This document shows positions 24,281-34,532 of a stretch of DNA of 51,557 bases, piece after piece. A program made the position numbers and the translations under genes. This DNA comes from a virus, in the IMG/VR virus record IMGVR_UViG_3300028887_000011, positions 1-51,557 of that record. One strand, 5' to 3'. Position 1 is the first letter of the stretch. Every line of letters starts with the position of its first letter. The notes beneath the pieces were generated by a model that worked only from the letters and a program-made list of their open reading frames with translations, was not told the origin of the DNA and searched no databases.

Positions 24281-24997
24281 ATGGAAAAGTCAATGTTTAA
24301 AATTCCTATGCAATTCTTTGCAGAAGATGGAAAAAATCCCGATGATGATAAAAATGGTTCAAACGACAGCAATGAGGGAACACAGAATAATTCAGACGAC
24401 ACAAACAACTCAAAGAATAACGAAGGCGATAACAATTCTTCTGGCTCAGGAGAGGGCGACAAGAAGGAAAAAATGTTTTCACAAGAGCAAGTCAATCGTA
24501 TGATGGCCAAAGAAAAGAACCAAGGAAGAAATGCTGTGTATAATGAACTCGGAATCAATCCTAAAGATACAAAGCAGATTGAGTCCCTCAAGGCTTATCT
24601 TGAAAGTCAAAAGACTGATGCCCAGAAGGAAGCTGAAAAGCAGATTGCTGCTGATAATGCTGTAAAAGAGGCAGAGGAAAGAGCAAAGATTGCAGAGGCA
24701 AAAGCAGAGGCAATGATGCTCGGCATTAAGCCACAGTTCGTTGAAGATGCAGTGACACTTGCACTTTCAAAGTCAGACGACAGAGATATCAAGTCGGTTC
24801 TTTCAGAATTTAAGACAAAGTACCCTGTATGGTTTAACAAAGATGATGAAAATAAGCCAAAGGGTACTGGTTCTTCGCTGAAGGGTTCGCAAGGAAATAA
24901 GGGTAATAATGATGGCACAAAGCCGCAGGGAATTGGTGCTCGACTGGCAGCCCAAAGAAAGGGCACTAAAACAAAGACCAGTTATTGGTCAAAATAA
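24281..24997 (+). CDS. Capsid scaffolding protein (DUF4355-like)
   Basis: MFSQEQVNRMMAKEKNQGRN plus an Ala/Glu/Lys coiled coil. Low-complexity N-terminus. Positioned before the capsid genes. Confidence 0.65.
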   Translation: MEKSMFKIPMQFFAEDGKNPDDDKNGSNDSNEGTQNNSDDTNNSKNNEGDNNSSGSGEGDKKEKMFSQEQVNRMMAKEKNQGRNAVYNELGINPKDTKQIESLKAYLESQKTDAQKEAEKQIAADNAVKEAEERAKIAEAKAEAMMLGIKPQFVEDAVTLALSKSDDRDIKSVLSEFKTKYPVWFNKDDENKPKGTGSSLKGSQGNKGNNDGTKPQGIGARLAAQRKGTKTKTSYWSK

Positions 24998-25014
24998 TAA
25001 GGAGGAAATAATAA

Positions 25015-25728
25015 ATGCTTAACAGAGATGGTGTAAAGGTACAGAGTTATGGTAGCGGTACACAGATTCTTGCTAACGTTGATTTGCAGGCATCTGTCGG
25101 CTGTATTGTTCCTCAGAGTCTTGTTGCTGAGGCAGATGCAAATGGCAAAAAGATTGCTAAAGCAGGAACACCTATTGTGGTTGATTTTTCAAATCTTCAG
25201 GCAGATGTTTCAGCTTCTGTAGGTCCTACACTCGGTGTATTTACAGTTCAGATTACAACAGCTTTTGCTGCTGATGAAAAGATTACAATTGAAGGTGTAG
25301 ATTATACATGTGCTGCAACCGAAGATGTGGCAAATAAGAAATTTGCAGGTGCTAATGCAGCTGCTCAGATTACTTCACTTTTGAAGATGGTTACCACAGA
25401 TAAATATGACGTGGCTGCTGTAGAAGGTGCAACAGATAAGCTTGGCTTTACTCAGAAGGTTGTAGATGTATCAGATACTACAGGTCCTACAGTTACAAAG
25501 ACAAGTTCAACAGGTGCTATCGGCTCGGTAACTAAGGTAACTACTCCTGATGCAGGTGCTACAGCCAATGCTGTTCTTCTTCATGATGTTGATGTAACAG
25601 CAAGTAAGGCAAATGGAACAGCACTTTACTTTGGTGTTGTAAATATCAATAGACTTGATACAGCAACACAGGCAAAGATTGTTCCTGGTGTAAACACAAT
25701 CGGTTCTGTTACTTTCGTAAAGGCATAA
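25015..25728 (+). CDS. Head protein between scaffold and major capsid, possibly a decoration protein
   Basis: Assigned by synteny only (the lambda D position). Ala/Thr/Val-rich. Confidence 0.35.
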   Translation: MLNRDGVKVQSYGSGTQILANVDLQASVGCIVPQSLVAEADANGKKIAKAGTPIVVDFSNLQADVSASVGPTLGVFTVQITTAFAADEKITIEGVDYTCAATEDVANKKFAGANAAAQITSLLKMVTTDKYDVAAVEGATDKLGFTQKVVDVSDTTGPTVTKTSSTGAIGSVTKVTTPDAGATANAVLLHDVDVTASKANGTALYFGVVNINRLDTATQAKIVPGVNTIGSVTFVKA

Positions 25729-25747
25729 AGAAAGGAGAAATAAAAAC

Positions 25748-26785
25748 ATGACAATTTTTGACCTTGTTACTTCACAGGAAATTACAGCTTACTGGGAGAC
25801 ACTTTCTCAGGACGAGGCTCCTTACCCTTGTGAGGAACTTTTCCCGAATCAGAAGAAACTTGGACTTTCACTTAAGTGGCTTAAGGGTTCAAGAGGACTT
25901 CCTATTGTTCTTAAAGTTTCAGCATTTGATGTGCATGCAATTCCGAGACCTCGTATTGGTTTTGAAAAGCTTTCAGCTGAAATGCCATATTTCAAAGAAT
26001 CGACATACATCGATGAAGAGTTGAGACAAGAGCTCAATATGGTTATTGAAACAGGTAATCAGGCATATATTGATTCTGTTATGAATCGTATATTTGATGA
26101 TGAAATGAATCTGCTCAGAGCTGCTCGTGCATCACGTGAGCGTATGCGTATGATGGCACTTACAACAGGTACCATTTCAATGGCTTCAAATGGTCAGGCA
26201 TTTACTTACGATTATCAGGTTCCAAATTCACATAAGTCTACTGTTGCAACTTCATGGTCCTCAACATCAACTGCAGATCCAATTGAAGATATAAGGGTTG
26301 CAAAACAGCTTATTCAAGATGAAACAGGTACAACAATCACAAGAGCAATGTGCGACGGCGTTACTTGGAGAAATATCCGTAACAATGTAAATATTCAGAA
26401 GAAAATATTTGTTCTTTCAAATGGTGTCGGTTCTATTTCAGACAAGAGACTTCAGCAGTACATTCTCGATGAAGTTGGTATTTCAGTTGTTATCAATGAC
26501 AAGAGATACATGGACGAGAACGGTAATACACTCAAGTTCATGCCTTCAAATACATTTGTTATGTTCCCTGATGGCAACCTTGGTAATACTTGGTTTGGTA
26601 CAACACCTGCCGAGAGTGACCTTATGTCCTCTGGAGTAGCCAATGTATCAATTACCGATATGGGTGTTGCAGTAACAACTGTAAAGAAGGCTGACCCTGT
26701 AAATGTAGAAACAATCGTTTCTCAGATTTGTCTGCCTTCATTCGAGCAGGCAAACAATATTTACATTCTTGATACAGAAGCATAA
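25748..26785 (+). CDS. Major capsid protein (lambda gpE-like family)
   Basis: 345 aa. Layout is collinear with lambda gpE as remembered, for example FMPSNTFVMFPDG versus FLPDNTMVLG and ADPVNVETIVSQ versus GDPAREFTMIQS. Confidence 0.75.
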   Translation: MTIFDLVTSQEITAYWETLSQDEAPYPCEELFPNQKKLGLSLKWLKGSRGLPIVLKVSAFDVHAIPRPRIGFEKLSAEMPYFKESTYIDEELRQELNMVIETGNQAYIDSVMNRIFDDEMNLLRAARASRERMRMMALTTGTISMASNGQAFTYDYQVPNSHKSTVATSWSSTSTADPIEDIRVAKQLIQDETGTTITRAMCDGVTWRNIRNNVNIQKKIFVLSNGVGSISDKRLQQYILDEVGISVVINDKRYMDENGNTLKFMPSNTFVMFPDGNLGNTWFGTTPAESDLMSSGVANVSITDMGVAVTTVKKADPVNVETIVSQICLPSFEQANNIYILDTEA

Positions 26786-26799
26786 TGGAGGTGTAAATA

Positions 26800-27150
26800 T
26801 TGGTTAACATTACAAATGGTATTAATACCTTTACGGTAACAAAGGGTGCCTTTGAAGGCATATATAAGGCTCAAGGTTATAAATTGGTCCACGATTACGC
26901 CAGCGAGACTGTAAGTTCTGAAAGTAAGAATGACACAGAAGATGTTACAGCGGCTGCCAGCGTTGATACAGATATTCCTGTGGAGGCACCAATTCACGAA
27001 GAGGTTCCGCTTATTGAGAAGCCGATAAGCCAATGGTCAAAGGCCGAAGTAAAGCAGTTTGCTGCCGAGAATGACATTTCGCTTGAGGGTACAAAGAATG
27101 TCAACGAGGCTAAGGAAATCATAAAGGCATACATCGACGGCATGAAGTGA
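26800..27150 (+). CDS. Hypothetical head-associated protein with a C-terminal HeH/Rho-N-like motif
   Basis: TTG start 6 nt after GGAGGTG. C-terminal motif is WSKAEVKQFAAENDISLEGTKNVNEAKEIIKAYI. Confidence 0.5.
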   Translation: MVNITNGINTFTVTKGAFEGIYKAQGYKLVHDYASETVSSESKNDTEDVTAAASVDTDIPVEAPIHEEVPLIEKPISQWSKAEVKQFAAENDISLEGTKNVNEAKEIIKAYIDGMK

Positions 27151-27160
27151 GGTGTAAAAC

Positions 27161-27412
27161 ATGACAGATATTGACAGAATAAAAAAGGAACTCAGAGAGG
27201 AACAATCGCCTTACTTTGAAGCAGATGATTTTGCATATTATCTTGAAAAAAATCAAGGTGATGTAAATGCAACAATTTATGAAATGCTAATAATAAAGTC
27301 AGAAGATTCTAAAATATCTGTCAATGGACTTAACACCGAGGACACAAGCAAATATTTCAAAAGATTAGCCTCCCGCTATAAAACTTTCAACTCGGGAGTT
27401 TTGGGAGGTTGA
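27161..27412 (+). CDS. Head-tail joining module protein, function unassigned
   Basis: ORF plus synteny. Confidence 0.45.
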   Translation: MTDIDRIKKELREEQSPYFEADDFAYYLEKNQGDVNATIYEMLIIKSEDSKISVNGLNTEDTSKYFKRLASRYKTFNSGVLGG

Positions 27413-27416
27413 TATT

Positions 27417-27797
27417 TTGGTAAATACAAAGTTTGAGGTATACAAAATCCAAAGAGAGATAAAGCGTTCAGGAGTAGATGTTGAGTTTTACAGACCATCT
27501 GAAAATGACTATGGGGAAAAAGATTATAACAATATAGTGTCGATTGGTTCAATACGTGGTTTATACCATGAAATAAATACCCATGTATCATTACAAACTG
27601 GCGAAATAACTCAATATCGAACAAAAAAAGAACCAGCAATATTATCCATATGGAATGATGTTAATTTGCATAATCTCAGAACTGGAGATATTGCTATTGT
27701 AAATGGAAAAAATTTTTTGGTGACAAAAGTTGCAAATATTCAAGAATGGAACTTAATTGCAGATATTAACTTGGAGGTGCAAGACATTGGCCTTTGA
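27417..27797 (+). CDS. Head-tail joining module protein, possibly head closure
   Basis: TTG start after GGGAGGTTG. Assigned by synteny. Confidence 0.45.
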   Translation: MVNTKFEVYKIQREIKRSGVDVEFYRPSENDYGEKDYNNIVSIGSIRGLYHEINTHVSLQTGEITQYRTKKEPAILSIWNDVNLHNLRTGDIAIVNGKNFLVTKVANIQEWNLIADINLEVQDIGL

Positions 27798-28149
27798 GCT
27801 TAATTATAATCAAAGTAATTTGAGCCAAAATCTTGATAAACTGTCAGTTAAACTTGGTGCAATGATTCTTATGTATGCATCAACTAAAGCAATAAAATTG
27901 CAATCTGAAATGCAAAAGAATAGACCATGGACTGATAGAACAGGAATGGCAAAAGCTACTTTGAGAGCAGTTGTATCACAGCCAAATGAAAACATGATAC
28001 GAATAACATTATCACATGGTGTTTCTTATGGAATTTGGCTTGAGCTGGCACATCAAAAACAATTTGCAATTATAGGTCCAACAGTGCAAAAAGAATCACC
28101 AAAAATTGTAACTGAATTACAAGGCATAATGAATCAAATAAAGTTGTAA
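27787..28149 (+). CDS. Head-tail joining module protein (HK97 gp10-like?)
   Basis: ORF 27757..28149 trimmed to TTG 27787, 7 nt after GGAGGTG (27773-27779). Confidence 0.4.
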   Translation: MAFELNYNQSNLSQNLDKLSVKLGAMILMYASTKAIKLQSEMQKNRPWTDRTGMAKATLRAVVSQPNENMIRITLSHGVSYGIWLELAHQKQFAIIGPTVQKESPKIVTELQGIMNQIKL

Positions 28150-28163
28150 GGAATGACGAAATA

Positions 28164-28517
28164 ATGGGCAAATCACAATGGCAACAGCTTTATGATTTTT
28201 TGAAATCGAAAAAGCTAAATATTTATTCTCCATCACAACCGATAGGAGAATGCAAAAACAAATATATTGCTATAAAATATGCCGGTTCTACTCGTCATGC
28301 TTACTGTAGTACCGACGTAGATATTTATACAATATTTTGCTATGTTCCAAAAAATAATTACAGTGAAATTGAGGGATATGTTCAAGAAGTAAAGAGTGCA
28401 ATGAAAGGAATATATCCACAATTTATTCCCACAGGTCAACAAACACCAAGCTTTTATGATGAAGATATAAAGGCACATATGGTGAGTATTGATTACAAAA
28501 ACTATAAGAAAATATAA
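28164..28517 (+). CDS. Tail completion/terminator-position protein
   Basis: ORF plus synteny, immediately before the major tail protein. Confidence 0.4.
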   Translation: MGKSQWQQLYDFLKSKKLNIYSPSQPIGECKNKYIAIKYAGSTRHAYCSTDVDIYTIFCYVPKNNYSEIEGYVQEVKSAMKGIYPQFIPTGQQTPSFYDEDIKAHMVSIDYKNYKKI

Positions 28518-28529
28518 GGAGGAACTAAA

Positions 28530-29327
28530 ATGCCTACACCGAGAAAATCAAAGGCAGAGATACCAACAATTGATTGTGCTTTGGTCACAGTTGAAATTGA
28601 CGGCGATGAATTTGGATTTGATACATCAAATCGTGTGCAAGTTGAATCGGCAACAGAAGAAATTGCTGCTGTTCGATTGGTGGTTAAAGGAATTTTAAGA
28701 GCCCAGAAAAAGAGAAAGTTTACTATTGTTGGTACAACAATTACTCTTACTGATAATGTATTCAATCCAGACTTGGTTCTTGCATTGCAGGGAGGAACTT
28801 GTACATATGACAATGCAACAGGTGCTCTTAATGGATATACACCTCCAGTTATAGGTTCAAAGGAAGAGCTTACACCATTTACTTTGAATTGCTATTCGGC
28901 ACAGTATGATGCTTCTGGCGATATTGTAAACTATGAAAAAATATCATATCCAAACTGCACAGGTCAGCCAATTGTATTTTCCTCAGAAGATGATGTATTC
29001 AGGGCTCCTGAGTATGTAATTGATTCGGCTCCAAAGAAGGGACAGGCACCATATTCAATTACATATGTTGATGAGCTCCCAGAGCTTAGAGAGCTGTCTA
29101 CATATTCTGTTACGCAGAATCTTACAAATGCAACTTCTTCATTTACTGGTACATCGATTACAGAGGGTATTCCGTTTAATGCAACTCTTACTGCTACATC
29201 GGGAACTCTCGGTTCAATTACGGTAACAATGGGAGGAACAAATATTTCTACAACGGCTGTTACCGGTAATACCATCAGTATTCCATCTGTAACAGGTGCA
29301 ATTGTAATTACTGCAACTGCATCATAA
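28530..29327 (+). CDS. Major tail protein with a C-terminal Ig-like domain
   Basis: TAAGGAGG upstream. Sits before the chaperone and tape measure genes. The C-terminal Thr/Ser-rich beta-strand repeats look Big_2-like. Confidence 0.55.
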   Translation: MPTPRKSKAEIPTIDCALVTVEIDGDEFGFDTSNRVQVESATEEIAAVRLVVKGILRAQKKRKFTIVGTTITLTDNVFNPDLVLALQGGTCTYDNATGALNGYTPPVIGSKEELTPFTLNCYSAQYDASGDIVNYEKISYPNCTGQPIVFSSEDDVFRAPEYVIDSAPKKGQAPYSITYVDELPELRELSTYSVTQNLTNATSSFTGTSITEGIPFNATLTATSGTLGSITVTMGGTNISTTAVTGNTISIPSVTGAIVITATAS

Positions 29328-29358
29328 ATTAAACTTAAAACGAAAGGAAAATAAAAAA

Positions 29359-29886
29359 ATGGAATTAACAAGAGATAATTTAAAATCATATGGTTGTTTT
29401 ACCGATGAACAGATAGATGCAATTGTTAATCAGGCAAATCTTAATTCTGAAAAAGTAGAGTTTGTTACAAAGGTTGACTACAAACAACCACTTACTCCAA
29501 GTGATATCACTACACCCACCCAGCTGAATGAGTATGCTAAAGGTAATATTGTAAGATTACCAGACTTCTCAGAAGGCCAGCCGCTTATAGTAGTTCTTCG
29601 TAGGCCATCATTACTTGTTCTTATGAAAACAGGAAAGATACCAAATACATTGCTTAATACTGCTTCAGAATTATTTGAAGGCAAAAGTAAGGCTTCGACA
29701 GCCGAACCTGAAAGTATAAGCAAAATGTATGATGTGATGAATATTATAGCAGAGGCTTCTTTAGTTTCTCCAACATTTGAAGAAATAAAAAATGCAGGTA
29801 TTCAGTTGACCGATGAACAGCTTATTGCAATTTTTAATTATTCGCAAAGAGGAGTTCAAGGATTGCAGTCCTTTCGTGAAGAATAA
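29359..29886 (+). CDS. Tail assembly chaperone (gpG position)
   Basis: Assigned by synteny, directly upstream of the tape measure gene with an overlapping downstream ORF. Confidence 0.55.
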   Translation: MELTRDNLKSYGCFTDEQIDAIVNQANLNSEKVEFVTKVDYKQPLTPSDITTPTQLNEYAKGNIVRLPDFSEGQPLIVVLRRPSLLVLMKTGKIPNTLLNTASELFEGKSKASTAEPESISKMYDVMNIIAEASLVSPTFEEIKNAGIQLTDEQLIAIFNYSQRGVQGLQSFREE

Positions 29887-30100
29887 AAGTATAATTAATT
29901 TTATTGGGCTGGCAGAACATTATAAATGTCGGCCCAGTTCTTTTATAGATTCAGACGAATATACTGCTTTTTGTTTTGACGAGGTATGTGCATACATAAA
30001 ATCGAGAATAAAAAATGGAGAAACACCGAATTTTAACAGGATAAAATTGAAAGAAAATTACAAGAGTTTTAGTGATTATTACAACGATGTACTATCTTGA
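29813..30100 (+). CDS. Tail assembly chaperone extension (gpT position), probably made by frameshifting from 29359..29886
   Basis: No SD before ATG 29813. Overlaps the 3' end of the upstream ORF in the +1 frame. Confidence 0.45.
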   Translation: MNSLLQFLIIRKEEFKDCSPFVKNKSIINFIGLAEHYKCRPSSFIDSDEYTAFCFDEVCAYIKSRIKNGETPNFNRIKLKENYKSFSDYYNDVLS

Positions 30101-30119
30101 TTGAAAGGAGGTTTTGCTG

Positions 30120-33100
30120 ATGGCTATTGATGTAGGTTCTGCTGTCGGCTATTTAGACCTTGATATAAGTGGTTTTCTGAATGGTTTAAGGAATGCACAA
30201 GACCAAGCAGGAGCCACATCTACAACGATTACAGGTAAGCTTGATTCTATTGGAAGTAAACTTACTTCGGTAGGAACAAAGCTTACAGCAACAATTACTA
30301 CGCCAATTATAGGAGTTGGTACAGCTTCTGTTAAAACGGCAGCAAATTTTGAATCAGCCATGAGTAAAGTTTCTGCTATATCAGGAGCTACTGGCGAAGA
30401 TTTATCAAGATTGAATGAAAAGGCAAAAGAGATGGGTGCCTCAACAAAGTTTTCTGCTACTGAATCGGCCGAAGCTTTTCAATATATGGCAATGGCAGGA
30501 TGGGACACAGAATCAATGCTCAATGGTATTGCAGGCATTATGGATTTGGCAGCAGCAGATGGTTTGGATTTGGCTACCACCTCAGATATTGTAACCGATG
30601 CACTTACTGCTTTTGGTTTAAAGGCAGAAGATGCAGGTCATTTTGCAGATGTTCTTGCAACTGCTTCAAGTTCGGCAAATACTAATGTTTCTATGTTAGG
30701 TGAGTCATTTAAGTATGTGGCTCCTCTTGCTGGAACAATGGGATATTCTGTTGAAGATACAGCCACTGCTTTAGGCTTAATGGCAAATTCAGGAATTAAA
30801 GCAAGTCAAGCAGGTACCACTTTAAGAACAGCCATAACAAGAATGATTAAGCCAACAGATGCTATTCAAAGTGCAATGGACGAACTCGGAATTACCATGA
30901 TAAATGAAGATGGTTCGATGAAGAGTTTAAGTGAAGTAATGGATATGCTCAGAGAAAAGCTAAATCCACTGACTGAAGAACAAGTTGCATTGAATTATCG
31001 AATGGCACAAACCCCTGAAAAAATGGGACATTTAATGGACGGCTGGGATAGTTTAACTGAATCAGAAAAGAAGTACAAAACAGAATTAAGTGAGGGTATG
31101 TATATCCTCGAAGCAATGTCAGAAGCAGAGTTGAAAGAAGTTGCTTCAGCCAGATTAGGAATTGAGTTGAATGAAGAAAGAACTTTGTCAATGGAAGAGT
31201 ATGATGCTCTTGCTCAACAATTAGGTAGAGAAACATTGGTAGGTTTAACAGATTCAATGCAAGCTCAAAATGCTGCAACGATATTTGGACAAGAGGCTTT
31301 ATCTGGTATGTTAGCCATTGTAACTGCTTCCGAAGATGATTATAATAATTTGGCTAATGCCATAGATAATGCCGATGGAAAAGCAAAGCAAATGGCAGAT
31401 ACCATGATAGATAATTTAAGTGGACAGTTGACCATTCTGAAATCTCAGCTTGAAGGTTTAGCAATTCAGATTGGTAATATATTGATGCCTGTAATTAAAA
31501 GAATTGTTGAAAAAATACAAGCTTTTGCAGAATGGTTATCAAAATTATCAAAAGAGCAACAGGAACTGGTTGTAAAAATTGGATTGGTTGCGGCTGCGAT
31601 AGGTCCTTTGTTAATTGTTATCGGTACTTTAATTTCAAAGGTTAGTAGTACAATAACAATTTATACCAAACTTGCTACAAATATAACCACAAAATTAATT
31701 CCTGCAATAACTGGTATTTCTGCCCCTGTATTAGCAGTTGTGGCTGTTATAGGTGTATTAATTGCAGCATTTGTAAACCTTTGGAAAAACAACGAAGAGT
31801 TTAGAGAGAATATATTAGCTTTATGGGAAAAGTTGAAAAATGTTTTTTCTGAATTTATCCAAAGTTTTGTTGACAAAATTGAAGAGTTGAAGAATAAAAC
31901 AGAACCACTTATCGAAAAGATAAAAGTAATTTGGAATAAATTCTGTGAGTTTTTAGCTCCAGTTTTTGAAGGTACATTTGCCCAGATTATTACAATACTA
32001 AAAACAGCTTTTGATTTAATACTTGATGCATTGGATATTTTTATTTCTGTGTTTAGCGGAGATTGGGATGGTGTATTAAACGGAATAAAAAAGTTGTTTG
32101 AAAATGTATGGGAAAATATAAAAGAAATATTTGAAAATGTGTTGAACACATTAAAAGGTATTGCAGATGTATTTCTTGGATGGTTTGGAACTTCATGGGA
32201 AGAGTTATGGAATGAAACGAAAGAATCATTTATTGAAATATGGGAAAGTATAACGGGCTTTTTCTCAAAAATAATAGATAAGTTTTCAAAATTGCTTGGT
32301 GATATGAAAACCACTTTTTCTGAAACATGTAAAAGCATAACAGATTTTTTCTCAAAGACAGCAGATAAACTTTCAGAGTTATTTGGCAATATAAAAAATG
32401 CTTTTTTGGAAACATGGGAAAATATAACAAGCTTTTTCTCAAAAACAGCAGACAAGTTTTCAAATTTGCTTGATAATATAAAGACTGCTTTTTCTGAAAC
32501 ATGGAAAGGAATAAAACTGACATGGGATGAAGTTAGTCCTTACTTTGAAAATATATGGAATTTCATAAAAAATGTATTTGTCAAGGTTCCCGAAACATTA
32601 TCTGAATTTTTCAGAAATGCATGGGAAAAGATAAAAGAAATTTGGAATGCTGTAAATATGTTTTTCAGAGATGTATGGGAAGGTATAAAACAGATTTTTG
32701 AACCTGTTTCTATTTTCTTTGAAACAACTTTTAATAGCGGTTGGGAATCAATCAAAAATATTTTCAATGCCGCTTCAGACTTCTTTGCTGGCATTTGGAA
32801 TAAAATACAACAGGTGTTCAGTAATGTTGGAAAGTTTTTCTGGGACACCTTTACAGAAGGTTTTAATTGTGCCACTTATGTATTCAAAGATATAGCAGAC
32901 CATTTCAGTTGGTTATGGGGAAATGTTAAAGGAGTTTTCTGGGATGTTTCAAGTTTCTTTAGAGATACTTTTACAAGAGGCTTCAATGAAATAAAAAATG
33001 TATTCAACGGAATTGGTGGATTCTTTGAGGGTGTTTGGGAAACTGTATCAGATAAGGCAAGAAATGGAATGAACTGGTTTATGGGAAGAATTGAGGATAG

Positions 33101-33581
33101 TTTAAATAGGGCTATTGACTTCCTTAACAGATGGGGGTTTGAACTTCCTAATGGCGATTGGTTTGGCTTGGCAATAAATTATGTAAATTTACCACGACTT
33201 GAAAAAGGTGGTATATTGAAAAAAGGACAAGTCGGATTGCTTGAAGGTAATGGTTCGGAAGCTGTAATTCCATTGGAAAAAAATCTGGGGTGGATAAAGC
33301 AAATTGCCAAAGGAATAACAGAAAATATGCTTGTAGATATTACACCATTAATGAGTTTAATGTCTGCTTATCATGAAATTTCAAAAAGCATGCTTATATC
33401 TGTTAATTCGGTTATGGAGAAGCAAAACGAAATCTTACAAACAATTCCAGAAGCCAAAAGTGAATATCGAGGTGGTGGAAATACGTATAATTTTTATAGT
33501 CCAAAGCCAATTGATGAATATGAAGCTAAAAGGCAAATTGAAAAAGCCGAAAGAGATTTGGCCGAGGGATATTATGTGTAA
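30120..33581 (+). CDS. Tail tape measure protein
   Basis: The TP901-type core FESAMSKVSAISGATGEDL...STKFSATESAEAFQYMAMAGW, transmembrane helices, and a long Trp/Phe-periodic repeat region. ATG 30120 follows AAAGGAGG. Confidence 0.9.
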   Translation: MAIDVGSAVGYLDLDISGFLNGLRNAQDQAGATSTTITGKLDSIGSKLTSVGTKLTATITTPIIGVGTASVKTAANFESAMSKVSAISGATGEDLSRLNEKAKEMGASTKFSATESAEAFQYMAMAGWDTESMLNGIAGIMDLAAADGLDLATTSDIVTDALTAFGLKAEDAGHFADVLATASSSANTNVSMLGESFKYVAPLAGTMGYSVEDTATALGLMANSGIKASQAGTTLRTAITRMIKPTDAIQSAMDELGITMINEDGSMKSLSEVMDMLREKLNPLTEEQVALNYRMAQTPEKMGHLMDGWDSLTESEKKYKTELSEGMYILEAMSEAELKEVASARLGIELNEERTLSMEEYDALAQQLGRETLVGLTDSMQAQNAATIFGQEALSGMLAIVTASEDDYNNLANAIDNADGKAKQMADTMIDNLSGQLTILKSQLEGLAIQIGNILMPVIKRIVEKIQAFAEWLSKLSKEQQELVVKIGLVAAAIGPLLIVIGTLISKVSSTITIYTKLATNITTKLIPAITGISAPVLAVVAVIGVLIAAFVNLWKNNEEFRENILALWEKLKNVFSEFIQSFVDKIEELKNKTEPLIEKIKVIWNKFCEFLAPVFEGTFAQIITILKTAFDLILDALDIFISVFSGDWDGVLNGIKKLFENVWENIKEIFENVLNTLKGIADVFLGWFGTSWEELWNETKESFIEIWESITGFFSKIIDKFSKLLGDMKTTFSETCKSITDFFSKTADKLSELFGNIKNAFLETWENITSFFSKTADKFSNLLDNIKTAFSETWKGIKLTWDEVSPYFENIWNFIKNVFVKVPETLSEFFRNAWEKIKEIWNAVNMFFRDVWEGIKQIFEPVSIFFETTFNSGWESIKNIFNAASDFFAGIWNKIQQVFSNVGKFFWDTFTEGFNCATYVFKDIADHFSWLWGNVKGVFWDVSSFFRDTFTRGFNEIKNVFNGIGGFFEGVWETVSDKARNGMNWFMGRIEDSLNRAIDFLNRWGFELPNGDWFGLAINYVNLPRLEKGGILKKGQVGLLEGNGSEAVIPLEKNLGWIKQIAKGITENMLVDITPLMSLMSAYHEISKSMLISVNSVMEKQNEILQTIPEAKSEYRGGGNTYNFYSPKPIDEYEAKRQIEKAERDLAEGYYV

Positions 33582-33593
33582 GGAGGTGTTTGT

Positions 33594-34532
33594 ATGATTG
33601 AAGAAATCACAATAGTTAATAATACTCAGCAAAGTGAATTTACAATGGATAAGCTTACAACTGAGGACTATATTTTGGAAAGGGTAAATTTTGGAGAAGT
33701 ACCAATTGATTATACTACTAATAGGTTTTTAAATCAAATAGGTTCTACAGTTTCATACCAAAAAGTTTCTGAAAGAGAAATTGAAATTGTTGGAAATATT
33801 ATTGCTGATTCAGAATTGCAAATGACCGAAAGAAAAGTATTTTTAAATAAGTTCTTCAATCCAATTGAAACCTTTACTGCAAAATATAAGAATTATACTA
33901 TTGATTTTAGGCTTGAACGTTCGATACGATATACAGCCGAGGAAAGAACAAACAATGAAGTTGTTTGCAATTTTAAAGTAGAAGCTATTGCCCATTATCC
34001 ATTGTTTTTGGAAAAAGAAGCAACGAATGAAATAATTGCCGGTTTTCGACCAATGTTTCATTTTCCACTTATACTTCGTGAAGATTTACATAACGAGGTT
34101 CCACCGGCTTTACATAAACAAAGAGGTATAGTCTTTGGAAAAAAGAACAAAGACACAAAGACGGCTATTATATCAAATTTGGGAGATGTAGAAGTTGGAA
34201 TGGAAATAATTATTATGGCTACTGGTGGAACAGTAGAAAATCCAAAAATAATTAACATTTTAACTGGCGAATTTTTTGAAATAAATAAAACAATGGCCGA
34301 TGGGGAAGTAATAAAGATAAACACAGAACTGGGAAAAAAGAGTATTATAGGTTCGATTGATGGAGAAGCAACTTTTACAAATTACTTCATGTATAAAACA
34401 CTCAATAGTACATGGCTTGTTTGTAGGAAGGGTGCTAATTCATTCGAGTATGAAGCTATAAATGGAGAGGATAATTTACAAATTGATGTAAAATATACAT
34501 CGGCTTATATGGAGGTGCAACAATGCTTTTAG
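33594..34532 (+). CDS. Distal tail protein (Dit-like)
   Basis: Position after the tape measure gene and a typical size (312 aa). Confidence 0.55.
   Translation: MIEEITIVNNTQQSEFTMDKLTTEDYILERVNFGEVPIDYTTNRFLNQIGSTVSYQKVSEREIEIVGNIIADSELQMTERKVFLNKFFNPIETFTAKYKNYTIDFRLERSIRYTAEERTNNEVVCNFKVEAIAHYPLFLEKEATNEIIAGFRPMFHFPLILREDLHNEVPPALHKQRGIVFGKKNKDTKTAIISNLGDVEVGMEIIIMATGGTVENPKIINILTGEFFEINKTMADGEVIKINTELGKKSIIGSIDGEATFTNYFMYKTLNSTWLVCRKGANSFEYEAINGEDNLQIDVKYTSAYMEVQQCF

Noticed and set aside
31661-32455. 264-aa minus-strand ORF, plus 32230..32523 and 32540..32875, inside the tape measure gene
   Set aside because: They lie antisense to a well-supported gene within its repeat array. The translation is low-complexity (F/S/N/I-rich). 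There is no SD, and nothing else is coded on the minus strand.
31800-33120. CRISPR-like or other non-coding tandem repeat array
   Set aside because: The repeats are imperfect, in-frame and coding (tape measure). There is no repeat-spacer regularity and no cas genes other than a stand-alone Cas4-like nuclease typical of phages.
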